In this document: piece after piece, positions 63,003-64,000 of the stretch | How the letters are laid out: each line of letters opens with the position of its first letter | How positions within the stretch are numbered: position 1 is the first letter of the stretch | NCBI GenBank assembly: GCA_024679065.1 | Contig: JAGIQG010000004.1 | Span: 62,496,001 to 62,560,000, forward strand | DNA: 64,000 bases | Reading direction: 5' to 3' | DNA from: Sphyrna mokarran | Lineage: Eukaryota | Position numbers and translations under genes: made by a program | Notes under the pieces: model-generated | Databases searched by the model: none | What the model was told of the DNA's origin: nothing | The model's input: only the letters and a program-made list of their open reading frames with translations

Positions 63003-64000
63003 CTTGATTTGGTGTGATTTATTGTTGTCACATATATTAACATACAATGAAAAGTATTGTTTCTTGCATGCTATGCAGGCAAAACATACCATTCATAGAG
63101 AAGAAAACGAAAGAGTGCAGAATGTAATATGACAGTCGTATCTAGGGTGTACAGAAAGATCAACTTAATGCAAAGTAAGTCCATTCAGACGTCTGACAGC
63201 AGCAGGAAAGAAGCTGATCTTGAGTTCATTGGTACACGACCTTAGAATTTTGTGTCTTTATCCCAATGGAAGAAGATGGAAGAGAGAATGTCTAGGATGC
63301 ACGGAGTCCTTAATTATGCTGGCTGCTTTGCCGAGCCAGCAGGAAGTATAAACAGAGTCAATGGATGGGAGGCTGGTTTGCTTGATGGATCGTTCCTTGT
63401 GGTCTTGGGCAGAGCATGACTCATAAATGCGATGCAACCAGAAATAATGCTTTCTATGGTGCATCTACAAAAGTTGGTGAGAGTTGTAGTTGACATGCAA
63501 AATTTCCAAGTCTTCTGAGAAAATAGAGGCGTTGATGGGCTTTCTTAACTACAGTGTCGGCATGGGGCGGGGTGGCTGGGTGGGGGGGTGGGGGGAACCA
63601 GGACAGTTCGTTGGTGATCTGGACATCTGGAAACTTGAAGTTCTTGAACCTTGCTACTTCATCCCATTTATGTAGGCATATTCGCCTTTACACTTCCTGA
63701 AGTTGATAACAATCTCCTTCATTGTGTTGATATTGAGAGAAAGATAATTATTGCTGTGCCAATTCACCAGATTGTCTATCTCATTCCTGTCCTCCGTCTC
63801 ATCATTGTTGGACATCCGATCCATTACGGAGGTGTTGTCAGCAAACTTGAAAATCGCTTTGGTGGGGAATTTGCCACATAGTCGTAGGTATATAAGAGGT
63901 TCAATATGTGGCTGAGAACACAGCATTGTGGGACACCAGTATTGAGGATGTTTTAGAGGAGATGTTGTTCCCTATCCTGACTGATTGTGGTCTGTGAGTT
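63003..64000 (-). mobile_element. Rex1/Babar LINE 3' part
   Basis: KFADNTSVMDRMSNNDETE....W...N.LSLN....KEIVINFRK and FCRCTIESIISGCI motifs. Confidence 0.85.

Overview
Eukaryotic, repeat-rich vertebrate DNA, most likely from a cartilaginous fish (inferred from HER1/HE1-type CR1 tails, V-SINEs and the repeat mix). One intact host gene can be assembled by hand on the minus strand (33418->16646). It has 7 GT-AG, phase-compatible exons and encodes a 346-aa signal peptide / short V-type Ig / C1 Ig / TM / four-tyrosine ITIM receptor resembling SIRP-alpha. The rest is mobile DNA: a decayed endogenous retrovirus with a tRNA-Pro PBS (3606-~9950), about 20 CR1 LINE copies of at least 4 subfamilies (several nested), a Harbinger transposon (54073-60480) with an internal inverted duplication, and Penelope, Rex1/Babar, old LINE and V-SINE remnants. 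The most unusual signal is the ~545-nt 3'UTR of one CR1 group (called CR1-B here, also present in a diverged CR1 lineage). It contains a conserved 3' splice acceptor, compensated hairpins and an embedded promoter-decayed V-SINE that supplies the element's 3' tail. Two such copies lie sense-oriented in introns of the receptor, where they could give secreted or ITIM-less isoforms. Young CR1-A copies also show templated filler DNA at their 5' junctions. All calls are by eye; no database search or folding program was run.
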